From positions 32,355-96,354 of the forward strand of contig JAYNJV010000001.1 in NCBI GenBank assembly GCA_038110525.1: a stretch of 64,000 bases of DNA. The letters run 5' to 3'. Source of the stretch: Candidatus Poseidoniales archaeon (GTDB lineage: Archaea > Thermoplasmatota > Poseidoniia > Poseidoniales > Poseidoniaceae). This document shows positions 1-10,064 of the stretch, piece by piece. The notes below the pieces were generated by a model. The model did no database searches and had not been told where the DNA came from. It saw only the letters and a list, made by a program, of their open reading frames with translations. Made by a program: the position numbers and the translations under genes. The stretch's first letter is position 1, and each line of letters opens with the position of its first letter.

Positions 1-8
1 GAACAATT

Positions 9-689
9 CTAAGAATGATAACGCAAGATGATACCCGCCCCTCGTCGTTCTGCTGCTTTTAAGATGGAAATTAGATGTCGAATCGCATCCGCAAGACCAC
101 CATCGAGGGGTTCATCTTTACTGACTGTCCACACTCTCGATGCCAAATGGAGTCGTAATGATTGCACTTCAGTTTCATTGAGAAATCCACTGATATGAAG
201 GCCACCACTGCCATGTGTGAAATGTTCATGTCCCACAAATGAATCTGTACATCTGTGTGCCAATTGCTCCAGCAATGATGCAAGTTCATCATAAATCTCA
301 TCCTCTTCTTTGCTTCGGTTTTTGTGTTCAGATGGACAGATGTTAGCGAGGATGTATTCCATCGTTGAACCTCCTGGATGGGGGAATCGTCCAAACCTTT
401 CCCTAGTTTTTTGGTCACCGAGTTGAAGTGGAGTACCATCTTTTGATAGAATTAATGTGCATGTGAAAAATAACACTGCTTCATCCCATGGGATATTCGA
501 TAATTCGGTTGGTTCTTGAATTCCTTGTGATTCAAGTCGAAGTTTCAATGTTTCATTTTGAACCACAAGCCTTCGCCAATCTTCATCAGGTTGTGCAGAA
601 TTGGTCAATACTTCATAGATCTGAGTAGCAAGTTCGCCATGAATTGCATCAAGTGTAGCGAATGGGCTTGTTGTGCTCAATGCATCCAT
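9..689 (-). CDS. hypothetical protein
   Basis: 226-aa ORF, clearly the longest frame in this interval. The composition looks like a soluble acidic protein. I recognise no family motif. Confidence 0.5.
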   Translation of the reverse strand: MDALSTTSPFATLDAIHGELATQIYEVLTNSAQPDEDWRRLVVQNETLKLRLESQGIQEPTELSNIPWDEAVLFFTCTLILSKDGTPLQLGDQKTRERFGRFPHPGGSTMEYILANICPSEHKNRSKEEDEIYDELASLLEQLAHRCTDSFVGHEHFTHGSGGLHISGFLNETEVQSLRLHLASRVWTVSKDEPLDGGLADAIRHLISILKAAERRGAGIILRYHS

Positions 690-730
690 TGTATGAAGTC
701 GAATGGCAAGTAAACATAAGGATTTGTGTA

Positions 731-3700
731 TTATTTTTCATCAAAAAACTTCTTCATGCGATCTTCAATACTGCCTTGTCGATTTGCTTCGATTGAAGGG
801 TCCATTTCCTCACGGATAAATTTGAGCCTGCTGCTTGCATCTTGTTCCTTGCCAGGAAGATTTCCGGTGTGTTCTATCAGCATTTCACTCAAGAATTCGT
901 CATTGCTATCATCAAATGGTTCATCCATCACGGAAGTGCCCGGGTCATCAATGACTTCGAGCGACAAGTCATCCTCAATATGTTCTTTTTCGGAAGATTT
1001 TTCACTTTGTTTTGTAGATGATGCCTTGTCTTTGTTTTGTTTGTGAACAATATTCACCTTTGATTGACGTGGTCCAGCAATGAATCCCGTTAACCAAGCT
1101 AAGAGAATCAATACAATCGATGTTGAAAACATCCAAATGAGTTTTGACGAGGTCATGCCATCGAAAGATGATTGCTTGTAAAATGTAGATTTGATGTTAT
1201 CATTGGGATTATCATCTATATCGTAAGGAGAAGAACATCGAAGTGTAGCTGTAATTTTTTCATCATTTTCGAGAACGCCTGGATTTTCAATGATGATGAT
1301 TGGGGCGTAAGCAGAAGAGGTAATATCAACAAATTTTGTAAATGACCAGCCCAATTCAGATTCAAATGAAATTTCACAATATTCCTCTTCCAACACTTCA
1401 TAGCCAGGCCTGAGAATACCAATTTCTAAATCCCCATCTGCGGTGAATGATTGTATTCCAATATTCCAACCTGTAGGACGTATGATAGCATCAATGGCTT
1501 CAGTCTCAACGATTTTTCCAAGTTGATCGATAATTCTCAATTGAAATGTCAACTGGCCTTTGGAAAAAGTGGTGCTTGCCATACTAAGATTCATGGTTTG
1601 GGTAGAATTTCCATCGATTGTATATTGGCTAATGCCAAGTTTGTATTCGATACCATATTGGTCTGAGAGAAGGGCACTGAACCTTTGAATATCGTTCTCA
1701 AAGTTGGTAAATTCACATGTTGCAAAGGTTCCATTGGATGGGTTTGTTGTAAGGCTATTGAAGAAATCCGAAATAAATCGACAACTCACCTCTGCTTCAG
1801 GATACGTCCATGTCGTGACAAACATAGTCAAGTTAAATGATTCATCGGCGGTGACAAAATCAAGTGTAATCTGGCCGTTGTTCGAACCATGTGAAATCAA
1901 GATCTTATTGTTGTTGTTTGTAGTTTCAAGCCGAATTCCGCTTTGGCTCGAAGCGAGAATGATATTGTCTACTTCACTTAGGTGAATCATCGAATCAAGC
2001 GATTCATAATTCGAAACAACGGGGCTACTTTGCCAAGTTAAATTTGATTGTTTAACCAGTATGGAGCGCACTTCTGGAGGGAGTTCAGGATGAGTGACCT
2101 TGATTTGTGCTAAGAATTCAAATCCATTCCAATCCGAGGGTGGAATGAGTTCAATTTGAATCCCTTGCAATTCATGGGGGGCAAGTGTCATTTGAAGAGG
2201 GCCACGTGTACTCCAATCAGAAGGAAGACCTTCAATCTCTATCGCAATTTGGGCAATATCATTTCCATAATTCACAATCCATGCTGCAGGAAAACCTCCT
2301 CCGTCAGAGACCTTCCAGTGGCCTCTTGCATCGAGTGAAATATTTGGTTTTGATGCAACTCTGAATGGAATCGATTCTATTGAGGCACCTGAACCATCGT
2401 TGTCTGATATTTGTAGTAATATCTCTTCAATTTCACCAGCAAAAGCATTGGGTGGTGGTGTGACATGTACCTGGATTTCAACAGTTCCGAATGGTTCGAC
2501 GGAAGAGGTCATATTTTCAACAATGATAGTCCAGCCACTGCTGAATTTGTAAACGAATGGAACCTCGGGGCTATTGCCTTGATGATCAATTCTCAAACTG
2601 ATGTTCGAACCATCGGGTTCAACCTCTAAATTCATTCCAGTGAGGTTAAATTTCCATCCCGATTTTTGCAGGACGGTAAATGTGATACTCTTTGTTTCAA
2701 GAATAAATCCTTCTGAACTAAAGGCGACGCTAAATTCAACCGAAGTACCAGCCCAAGCCTTCTCTGGCACATGGAAGGCGACGTCGATGGTTGTGGTGTT
2801 GTTGACATCCACGAATACCGTCGTTGCGTCTTGCGTATCCCAAAGTTGGTCATCTTGACCGTTGTAAAAGTAGGTGAGTGAGGTGGAAGTCGTTAATTGG
2901 TCGGGGGCATTTCCTAAATTTTGCAATAGAAATTGTATAGAATCAGCTTCGCCGGGAAGAATCCCTCTTTCCCCTTCTCCTTGCAAGGAAATATTCCAAG
3001 CTCTATTTGGTGCAGCATTGAGATAGAGAATTGCTGTATTGGTGACTGCTTGATTGCCAAGAGATGTTGATGAAAATTCAATCTTAAAGGTTACAAGAGC
3101 TGGCAACTCATTTGAGAGGGTGATATCCACTGACGCTACCCCACTGCTCCTTGCGTCAATATTCTTTGTGGAAGTAAGGAAGTCAATTGTTACAAATTCA
3201 TCAAGCGATTCCCCTTCAAGTGAACTTGCAATAGCACTCAACACGAATGTATCTTCTCCGTTACCTGGATTTTCGATACCGAGCAATATTCTATGTTGTT
3301 CAGAAACATTGTATGATGATGGTTCTTCCACGGATGTATCTGCTGGTGATAAAATTTGGATACTGGTCCTAAATTGTTGCAAGACTTGAAGAGAGAAATT
3401 GATCGGGATGCCTCCATCATTTCCGTTAAATGAGTGCCTCATTGGCGGTGCGTAATCGGGTAAGCTAAGCACAAGCGTTCCAGTAACGACATCGTTTGAA
3501 TTACCAGTAAATGACATGGTTGTTGAAGATACGATGAGGTCGCCTGATGAATTCCATTCCCAACCTGAATTCAACATCGAAGCTGATGCCATATTCCAAG
3601 AAACTGAGCCGTCAGATGGTAATTCGCCAACGATTGTCCACTGAAGTGTTCTATCTGGGAGAGAGCGTTGATGATGGGGCGTCATCGTAAACTGCTTCAC

Positions 3701-6496
3701 AATAAACGTAATTTCAATCTCAGCACAAGTAAGTTCAGAACCACTTCCAATACAAATAGTGAGTTCAGTTGTTGTGGAGTCGTCATAATTTGCTGTTGCT
3801 GGTACATCTATTTCTGCGAACAATTCTTGGCTTTCTCCTGGCCCAAGTTGAAGGTTAAAAATTTCAACCCCATTTGAATTTTTTAATTTTGGAGTTGTTC
3901 CCCATGTCGTCGAGGTCCAGTCAAGCGTTGTCGTCGTTTCTTGTGCATTTCCAATGTTTTCAATCACCATCCACGCTTGGGCAATATTTCCAATTCTGCC
4001 TTGACCTGTTGTGTGTTGAATCCCACTCGGGCCAAGCAAAGAAAGACCCCTTGTTCGAAATACTTCGATTTGCAAATCAAACTGTTCTGAAATGTTTACA
4101 TTTGAATCTAATGTAAGCGTGAAATGGACAAGCCCGTTTTCATCGCCAAGTGCTGTTTCTGGTATCGATACTTGAAATTCAACACTTCTTTTCTGCATAT
4201 ATTCGAGCAAGAATGTTGGTTGAGACGAATCCACAGGCAGAAATGTCCATCCTTCAGGCAAATTCGTATCGTCCCAACTCAGCGTCCAATCTTCAGTTTG
4301 TGAACCGATTGACATGAGATTGATTTCGACAATATCAGATTGGCCAGGGACAATTCGAGGAGGGTTATCAGGTCCGAATATCTCGGCAACGTATGGTTCA
4401 ACGACAATTAAATTCCTTTGTGCATGATTATTGTCTTCTCTCGCCTCAGTCACATTGTTGAAAATGTCGAGAACAAGTTCTACGGAATGAATGCCCAAAT
4501 CTGCAGTCACGGTTGCAGTAATTGTCAACGGCCCACCGCTGCCAGAAGGTGCTGCTGGGCTTACCTCAGTGAACCGCTGTCGGGCAATTTCAACTCCATT
4601 GAGGAGAAGCATCACGTCCACATTTGCATCAGGGTCCTCTGTTCCAACATTTGAAAATTGACCAGTGATGGTCACCTCTTGGCCGGGATTGGCTTGATTT
4701 GGATTAAATGATATACCTCTACCGTCACTGGTTGGTTCCAAATCAGCTCGTGCTTCAGAGACCAGCGTGTCTCCAATGAGAATGTCAATTGCACCATCAC
4801 CATCGACATCTGCAATCGCAGGTGCAGCCCAAGTTCGATGGGGCATACCAAGGGGTGTGGACCATCCGTCAGAAGCATCAGCAGATGAGCCTGTATCTCC
4901 ATCAAATGCATACAATCTTTTCCCGAATGCGACGAGAATTTCAGGCGTTGAGTCACCGTTGATATCCATCCAAAATGGAGGTGATACGGCAATTTCATCA
5001 TTGTCATTACCTCCTCCACGCTGGAGGTTCCGAGTCCATTCTTGAGATGGATTCTCATTACTTATATCGTGGCAGCCAAGCATTCCTTCACGATTGAAAT
5101 TAAATGCTGATTCTGAGTACCATGTCACCCAACATAATCGGTCATGCCTTCCATCTTCATCGATATCGATGGCAACAGGTTGGGTATCAGCAAATCCATT
5201 CGGTGCTCGAAATGAAAAAATCTCATCGGTCGAAGTAATTTCCATTCCAATGAATTTTGCTCCGGTTCCCGAAGTTCTTCCGGTTGGGTCTGTTGGTATA
5301 GTGATCACCATTTCGGGAGCACTATCAGAATCAAGTTGAACAATCACGGGTCCAGGCAATCTCAAACGAGGTGCTTCATCGTCACCCGTATCAGTCCCTT
5401 GTACAGCGACACGTTCCCACAAGATGCTCCCAGTTGCTCCTTCAATCTTCCATATCCACATATTTCCCGAATTCGAATCAATTGTTGTCAAGAGAACGAC
5501 AGTGTTCGAACTATCAAGTTGTGCAAAAACTGGGTCAGATGGATGTGAACCTCTGTCTAAACTGACGGACCATTTTGGAGTTGTAGGAGTGTTCATTGTT
5601 AAATCAAATGCTGTTAATTCAGGCATTGGATTGTTATCGGGGTCGTCTACAAGGGCTACAATCAAATTTGGAGAACCATCCAAATCAAGGTCAGCAAGAA
5701 GAGGTTGTGTCACGGCGTAGTGCCCACTTTCCCTTGTGGGTAGGTGTGGCAATGTAGATGAGATTCGAACATCAGAGTTTGAGTAGGACCAAATAAGTTC
5801 GTTCGAGTGTCCGCTTTCTTCCCAAGTTGAATTTGTGCATGTTAACTCGGGTGACCAAACATCAATGTGAAATGCAGAATCTGTGTCGTAAGCCACAATA
5901 ATTTCTGGTTTATTGTCTCCGTTAATGTCATGGATGATTGGTGTAGCTCTTACCTCACGTGTTTGTCCGATTTCACCCTCCCAAGCAATTCTTGCATCAT
6001 CACCTGAAACGATAGAAATTGTACTGATGAGATTGCCATTTGAAACTTCACTTGTAATCATAACAGGGAACAGCGTGTTGTTCCCGCAACGCTCTTTTGC
6101 TTGTTCAGGGGCAGAAATACTCTGGGAAAAATCGCCAATGACAGAACCATATGAATCTGCTTCATTGGATTCAAATGCCTGCCAGTTGATCACTGGAGTT
6201 ACAATGGCGTCCAACACTTCGACATCAGAAACAGCACCTTGGCCAGGCCCTCCATCTGGATTGTGGACTGGAATCGGTCCGTTGTGTGATGGGGTGCCTC
6301 CGAATTGGGCCCACGGTTGTTCGTAAGGATCCCATGCCTCGATATGATTCGACAGATCGATTGGATTAGAATCAAGTTGTTTCGTATCGCCCAATGGAGC
6401 ATCGATGATTTGATTTTGCAAGGAAACAAAAATGAACAACAAAGCCATCATTATTGATGGCAAGCGCCTTGGTTCATAGGCTCCGCTCTTCATCAT
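731..6496 (-). CDS. giant cell-surface protein with an FG-GAP/VCBS-type propeller, a CARDB-like domain, a long Ig-like array, a C-terminal TM anchor and a cytoplasmic tail
   Basis: 1921-aa ORF with an N-terminal signal peptide (RRLPSIMMALLFIFVSL). Repeated FG-GAP-like calcium motifs are present: DINGDNKPEIIV, DLDLDGSPNLIV, DIDEDGRHD, DINGDSTPEILV, DVDGDGAIDILIGD. A CARDB-like segment reads NPGQEVTITGQFSNVGTED...DNNHAQRNLIV. A TM helix (LIWMFSTSIVLILLAWLTGFIAG) lies near the C-terminus, followed by a ~115-aa K/E/D-rich tail. GGAGG lies 11 nt upstream of the ATG. Confidence 0.85.
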   Translation of the reverse strand: MMKSGAYEPRRLPSIMMALLFIFVSLQNQIIDAPLGDTKQLDSNPIDLSNHIEAWDPYEQPWAQFGGTPSHNGPIPVHNPDGGPGQGAVSDVEVLDAIVTPVINWQAFESNEADSYGSVIGDFSQSISAPEQAKERCGNNTLFPVMITSEVSNGNLISTISIVSGDDARIAWEGEIGQTREVRATPIIHDINGDNKPEIIVAYDTDSAFHIDVWSPELTCTNSTWEESGHSNELIWSYSNSDVRISSTLPHLPTRESGHYAVTQPLLADLDLDGSPNLIVALVDDPDNNPMPELTAFDLTMNTPTTPKWSVSLDRGSHPSDPVFAQLDSSNTVVLLTTIDSNSGNMWIWKIEGATGSILWERVAVQGTDTGDDEAPRLRLPGPVIVQLDSDSAPEMVITIPTDPTGRTSGTGAKFIGMEITSTDEIFSFRAPNGFADTQPVAIDIDEDGRHDRLCWVTWYSESAFNFNREGMLGCHDISNENPSQEWTRNLQRGGGNDNDEIAVSPPFWMDINGDSTPEILVAFGKRLYAFDGDTGSSADASDGWSTPLGMPHRTWAAPAIADVDGDGAIDILIGDTLVSEARADLEPTSDGRGISFNPNQANPGQEVTITGQFSNVGTEDPDANVDVMLLLNGVEIARQRFTEVSPAAPSGSGGPLTITATVTADLGIHSVELVLDIFNNVTEAREDNNHAQRNLIVVEPYVAEIFGPDNPPRIVPGQSDIVEINLMSIGSQTEDWTLSWDDTNLPEGWTFLPVDSSQPTFLLEYMQKRSVEFQVSIPETALGDENGLVHFTLTLDSNVNISEQFDLQIEVFRTRGLSLLGPSGIQHTTGQGRIGNIAQAWMVIENIGNAQETTTTLDWTSTTWGTTPKLKNSNGVEIFNLQLGPGESQELFAEIDVPATANYDDSTTTELTICIGSGSELTCAEIEITFIVKQFTMTPHHQRSLPDRTLQWTIVGELPSDGSVSWNMASASMLNSGWEWNSSGDLIVSSTTMSFTGNSNDVVTGTLVLSLPDYAPPMRHSFNGNDGGIPINFSLQVLQQFRTSIQILSPADTSVEEPSSYNVSEQHRILLGIENPGNGEDTFVLSAIASSLEGESLDEFVTIDFLTSTKNIDARSSGVASVDITLSNELPALVTFKIEFSSTSLGNQAVTNTAILYLNAAPNRAWNISLQGEGERGILPGEADSIQFLLQNLGNAPDQLTTSTSLTYFYNGQDDQLWDTQDATTVFVDVNNTTTIDVAFHVPEKAWAGTSVEFSVAFSSEGFILETKSITFTVLQKSGWKFNLTGMNLEVEPDGSNISLRIDHQGNSPEVPFVYKFSSGWTIIVENMTSSVEPFGTVEIQVHVTPPPNAFAGEIEEILLQISDNDGSGASIESIPFRVASKPNISLDARGHWKVSDGGGFPAAWIVNYGNDIAQIAIEIEGLPSDWSTRGPLQMTLAPHELQGIQIELIPPSDWNGFEFLAQIKVTHPELPPEVRSILVKQSNLTWQSSPVVSNYESLDSMIHLSEVDNIILASSQSGIRLETTNNNNKILISHGSNNGQITLDFVTADESFNLTMFVTTWTYPEAEVSCRFISDFFNSLTTNPSNGTFATCEFTNFENDIQRFSALLSDQYGIEYKLGISQYTIDGNSTQTMNLSMASTTFSKGQLTFQLRIIDQLGKIVETEAIDAIIRPTGWNIGIQSFTADGDLEIGILRPGYEVLEEEYCEISFESELGWSFTKFVDITSSAYAPIIIIENPGVLENDEKITATLRCSSPYDIDDNPNDNIKSTFYKQSSFDGMTSSKLIWMFSTSIVLILLAWLTGFIAGPRQSKVNIVHKQNKDKASSTKQSEKSSEKEHIEDDLSLEVIDDPGTSVMDEPFDDSNDEFLSEMLIEHTGNLPGKEQDASSRLKFIREEMDPSIEANRQGSIEDRMKKFFDEK

Positions 6497-6543
6497 TTTT
6501 CATGTGCCTCCTTAGGGTAATTATGGGTTATGCTTCTTTTGTA

Positions 6544-6564
6544 GTAAAAAAGGGCTCTTTTTAC
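6544..6564. promoter_or_regulatory. A/T-rich palindrome in a divergent promoter region (candidate bidirectional TATA/BRE element)
   Basis: GTAAAAAAGGGCTCTTTTTAC forms an imperfect inverted repeat (GTAAAAA / TTTTTAC). On the minus strand it sits ~50 nt upstream of the giant-protein ATG, the right distance for TATA, then TSS, then SD. It also faces the rpo7 operon. Confidence 0.3.
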
Positions 6565-6604
6565 ATGCATCATTTGATTCAGTGCATGTTCTTATCCGCT
6601 TTGG

Positions 6605-6615
6605 TTAAATATAAG
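6605..6615 (+). promoter_or_regulatory. candidate TATA box for the rpo7-spt4-S24e-S27ae operon
   Basis: TTAAATATAAG resembles the TTAAAT elements found 26-31 nt upstream of both tRNAs in this window. It would imply a ~85-nt leader before the rpo7 ATG. Confidence 0.3.
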
Positions 6616-6725
6616 CCGTCGGTGGCCAAACTGACTACGGTCAATTCTCTCCTGAGGTGGAAACCGGTGAAGGACGGAATCTACGATTCCTTCTTTACCC
6701 CATCAATGGAAAGGTGGTGACAAAA

Positions 6726-7286
6726 ATGTACAAAGTCGTAACAAAAGAAGACACGATTCGAATCCCTGCAGAGTATATGCGAAGAGGCCAATCGTTGGAT
6801 CAATACATCGACCGATTGTCGATGACTGCCTTTGAGGGAAGATTCGATGAGGAGAACAGATTCATTCTCGTCACAACAAACCATCAGCCAATTGGCAGAG
6901 GAAGAATCATTCACGGAGATGGTGCTATTTACCAACGAGTTCGTTTCGATGCGGTTCTTTTTTGTATGGATGATTATGAAGTCGTTGAAGGTGCTGTCTC
7001 AGAAATCAATGAATTCGGAGCCTTCGTTCGAATAGGGCCTATGGAGGCTCTACTCCACAAATCACAAATCATGGAAGATTCAGTCGATGTAAACCCAGGT
7101 GCAGGACATATTGAAGGAAAGCAAACTGGACGAAAAATTGGTGTTGGTGATTCGGTTCGGGGACGTATTGTATCCTTGTCTTACGACACGACAGACCCAC
7201 GAAGGTCCAAAATTGGTTTGACAAGTAAACAAACTGGATTGGGATGTCATCGTTGGATTGATGAAGATAACAACAAAGGTGAGTAA
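6726..7286 (+). CDS. rpoE: DNA-directed RNA polymerase subunit Rpo7 (RpoE')
   Basis: The internal Met at 6726 gives the N-terminus MYKVVTKEDTIRIP, typical of archaeal Rpo7. An S1-like OB segment is present (VEGAVSEINEFGAFVRIGPMEALLHKSQI). AGGTGGTGA Shine-Dalgarno lies at 6712-6720. This is the first gene of the conserved archaeal rpo7-spt4-S24e-S27ae cluster. Confidence 0.9.
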   Translation: MYKVVTKEDTIRIPAEYMRRGQSLDQYIDRLSMTAFEGRFDEENRFILVTTNHQPIGRGRIIHGDGAIYQRVRFDAVLFCMDDYEVVEGAVSEINEFGAFVRIGPMEALLHKSQIMEDSVDVNPGAGHIEGKQTGRKIGVGDSVRGRIVSLSYDTTDPRRSKIGLTSKQTGLGCHRWIDEDNNKGE

Positions 7287-7288
7287 TA

Positions 7289-7495
7289 ATGGTGAAAAAT
7301 CCGTTTGCTTGCGGTGAATGTCGCCTTATTTTGTCCGACGGGGTTGACCAATGTCCACGTCACCCATCTGCTAAAGTTTCTTCAGATTGGCAAGGATATG
7401 TGATCATTCGAAATCCCGAACGATCTGAAGTTGCAAAGCGTCTTGAAATTGATGTTCCCGGTACATATGCACTCAAAGTCATCATTGGAGGTTGA
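7289..7495 (+). CDS. spt4: transcription elongation factor Spt4 (RpoE'')
   Basis: 68 aa with a zinc ribbon (CGEC...CPRH). The start lies 2 nt after the rpo7 stop, with AAAGGTGAG SD inside the rpo7 3' end. The position in the cluster is canonical. Confidence 0.85.
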   Translation: MVKNPFACGECRLILSDGVDQCPRHPSAKVSSDWQGYVIIRNPERSEVAKRLEIDVPGTYALKVIIGG

Positions 7496-7499
7496 AAAC

Positions 7500-7886
7500 A
7501 TGGAAATTGAACGATACGAAAATAAACTTCTCGACAGAATTGAACTTACTTTTACTCTCCGTCATCATGGAAAATCGACACCATCTCGAAAACAAATTCT
7601 TCATGCAATTCTCGACCATGAAAAGGTCAAAAATCCAGATTTGGTGATTATTAAAAATTGCAATACAAGATTTGGCCAAGCCTTGACGTCAGGGCTGGCA
7701 TATATTTACCAATCAGAGGAAGCAATGAAGGTTGAGCCAAACTATATTCACAAGAGACATGAAAGTCTGCGAGAATCAGAACCAGAACCTGAGGTCGAAG
7801 AACCTACAGAAAGTCAAGATGCTGCTGAGGAGGAAGTTGAGCAGTCAATCGAAGAAACCTCAGAAGAAGACGGAGGTGATGAATGA
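7500..7886 (+). CDS. rps24e: 30S ribosomal protein S24e (acidic C-terminal tail)
   Basis: The N-terminus [33 protein letters not shown] matches the S24e pattern. GGAGGT SD overlaps the spt4 stop. The tail is E/D-rich. Confidence 0.9.
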   Translation: MEIERYENKLLDRIELTFTLRHHGKSTPSRKQILHAILDHEKVKNPDLVIIKNCNTRFGQALTSGLAYIYQSEEAMKVEPNYIHKRHESLRESEPEPEVEEPTESQDAAEEEVEQSIEETSEEDGGDE

Positions 7887-8065
7887 TGGGAGATGGACCA
7901 AATGCGCATTCAAAACACACCAAGTATTCCATTCAAGATGGTCAACTCGTTCGTGCCGAACATTGTCCATATTGCGGCCCGGGTATCTTCCTAGCTGTTC
8001 ACAAAGACCGAATGTCTTGTGGTCGATGTGGTTATTCAAATCTTGAAAAAGAAGAAGAAGAATAA
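7883..8065 (+). CDS. rps27ae: 30S ribosomal protein S27ae
   Basis: 60 aa with a C4 zinc ribbon (CPYCGPG...CGRCG). The ATGA start/stop overlaps S24e, preceded by GGAGGTGAT. Confidence 0.9.
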   Translation: MMGDGPNAHSKHTKYSIQDGQLVRAEHCPYCGPGIFLAVHKDRMSCGRCGYSNLEKEEEE

Positions 8066-8992
8066 TCAATCCACGTTGTAGATTCTACCATCATTGAGAA
8101 TCACATATCTTTGATGTTCATTTTGCCATATTGAATTGCAAATGTCATCATACTTCCGCAAAACCACCTCATCTGCACCTAAGTGAATGTATTCCCTCCA
8201 TCCAGCAATAGACCAACTTGAAGTTTTTGAGTCCCAGAATGCATCTTGAACTGGACCTTTGAGTTGATATTCCTTCAATGTTTTACCTTCATTCATCCAA
8301 ATGGCTTTGTAATTTGATGTGATGCATAGATGTTGACCATTCGAATAAAAATGTCGTGAGAGTGAATAACCCTTCATGAGAATTTCACTTGATAGCATTG
8401 TTCCATCCTGTTTTGAGAATTCTGCAATGCCGCCTCCTTTTGAACTTACTAAAATTGAGCTCTCATTATCATGTATTGAAATAATTTGTTCTCCTTGAGG
8501 GATTTTTTGGAGTGATGGCCATGTCGGTAAAGGCGTACGCCATTCTTCTTGTGCTGTGGCTGATAATTTATACAAACCTCGTTTCCAAAGGGCAAACACG
8601 ATTGAATCCTCAATGGTTGCCATGCCTAATACATCTGCATTCAGTGAATGCGACCAAAGACTTCCTTGAGGGTGGAGTTCACGTGATGCTTGAGCCATGG
8701 ACTTGCGAACCTCGCTTTTCGTAGGTCCCATTTGGAGAGAATTCGATAGGTCAATTGCAGCCATTCTACCAATCAAAAGATCATAATCCAACCAAGTACC
8801 GATGAGTTGGTTTTGAATGATGCAAGCATGCGTGATTTTGCAGGGAAACGGTGTGACAATATCTTGTATATGCTGACCCCGATGATCAAGAATTGTTACT
8901 TCGCCATCGACACCCAATGCGATAATGTTGTTTTTCCATGGAAGAATTTTGAAAGGAGCAAATCCAATGTTTGCCAACAATTCACCTTCCAT
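8066..8992 (-). CDS. hypothetical protein (possibly a beta-propeller repeat protein)
   Basis: 308-aa ORF with the GGAGGCACATG start context. Recurrent W/G-containing beta-strand-like segments occur, but no diagnostic motif. Its stop abuts the S27ae stop (TAATCA). Confidence 0.6.
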   Translation of the reverse strand: MEGELLANIGFAPFKILPWKNNIIALGVDGEVTILDHRGQHIQDIVTPFPCKITHACIIQNQLIGTWLDYDLLIGRMAAIDLSNSLQMGPTKSEVRKSMAQASRELHPQGSLWSHSLNADVLGMATIEDSIVFALWKRGLYKLSATAQEEWRTPLPTWPSLQKIPQGEQIISIHDNESSILVSSKGGGIAEFSKQDGTMLSSEILMKGYSLSRHFYSNGQHLCITSNYKAIWMNEGKTLKEYQLKGPVQDAFWDSKTSSWSIAGWREYIHLGADEVVLRKYDDICNSIWQNEHQRYVILNDGRIYNVD

Positions 8993-9066
8993 GTGCCTCC
9001 GATATACTCTCTATTGTCAAACCTTGTTATCGATGTTGCTAAATCAAATCGAAAGAACGCTATGAT

Positions 9067-10047
9067 GTGAACGGCAAATTGGTGACGCTGATCGCTGTCA
9101 GTCAAGGCGACATCGCATCCCGGATTCAAGGAGAGGCACTTCTCAAGAAATTGGTATGGAATGAATGTGCCTCGGTTGAAGGTTACAAAGCTTATGCCAT
9201 CCATAATGTTCGACTTTGGCTTTTACCTGACAAAATTTTGTGGGAGGACCACCTCGACCATCGTTGGGAGAGTTCAACAGGTGAAATGGTTCGTGAAGTA
9301 ATTTTTCCATCAAGACATTCAGCGGCAAGTGGTCGACCATCACTTACCCTACACCCAATTGGAATTCCACAGGTGAGACTCGATGAGGAGATTCCATATG
9401 GTGGTAAGGCAGGATGTGCTGTTCCACCTAATCCACGAATAAGTGAGTGGTGGAAGCTTTTCCATCAAACGATTTCGAATCACCCAAATTTGTGTGATTT
9501 TGAATTGACATTGGAAGTCACTCATCACGGCCCTTTTCTTAACGCACCTTCGATGTTTATCGAAATTGGTTCGACTTCTGAGACATGGGGGAATTTGGAT
9601 GCTGCGGATTTCTTATCGAATATTATGATTGAAGGATTAGGCCTCAACGGTTCTAGTGAAATTGGGGCATGGGATGACTCCACTGCGCATGAAGAGTTGG
9701 TCGTGATGACATTAGGAGGAGGTCATTATGCTCCAAGAGCGAATCATGTTGGTCTTTTGCCTAAGGTTAGAATTGGACACATGCTCGCTACATATGCCCT
9801 TCCCTTTGGGACCCAAGAGCATCAAGATGAGCAATGGAAAACTTCTCTAAAAAGCGCATTTACATCAACAAAAAATGCGTTTCCTCATGGACGAATTGTT
9901 TGTATGATTGAGAAAAAGGCATTCAAGGGGTGGCAACGTGATTTACTCAAACAATACTGCGAAGAATTGGGCATCCCAATTTTTCGAAGAAATGATGTAG
10001 AGGCATTTTCTAATGCAAGCAACGACAAAGAAAGGGTCAAAGATTGA
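9067..10047 (+). CDS. dtdA: D-aminoacyl-tRNA deacylase, archaeal DTD2 type
   Basis: Family motifs are recognisable: FPSRHSAASGRPSLTLHPIG and LEVTHHGPFLNAPSMFIEIGSTSETWGN. GTG start. It carries a C-terminal extension relative to the ~270-aa forms I remember. Confidence 0.85.
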   Translation: MNGKLVTLIAVSQGDIASRIQGEALLKKLVWNECASVEGYKAYAIHNVRLWLLPDKILWEDHLDHRWESSTGEMVREVIFPSRHSAASGRPSLTLHPIGIPQVRLDEEIPYGGKAGCAVPPNPRISEWWKLFHQTISNHPNLCDFELTLEVTHHGPFLNAPSMFIEIGSTSETWGNLDAADFLSNIMIEGLGLNGSSEIGAWDDSTAHEELVVMTLGGGHYAPRANHVGLLPKVRIGHMLATYALPFGTQEHQDEQWKTSLKSAFTSTKNAFPHGRIVCMIEKKAFKGWQRDLLKQYCEELGIPIFRRNDVEAFSNASNDKERVKD

Positions 10048-10064
10048 ATCCTGCTGGAGAGTCT

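Noticed and set aside
6657-6725. GTG-initiated 23-codon N-terminal extension of rpo7
   Set aside because: The MYK... N-terminus and a strong AGGTGGTGA SD directly upstream of ATG 6726 favour the shorter form.
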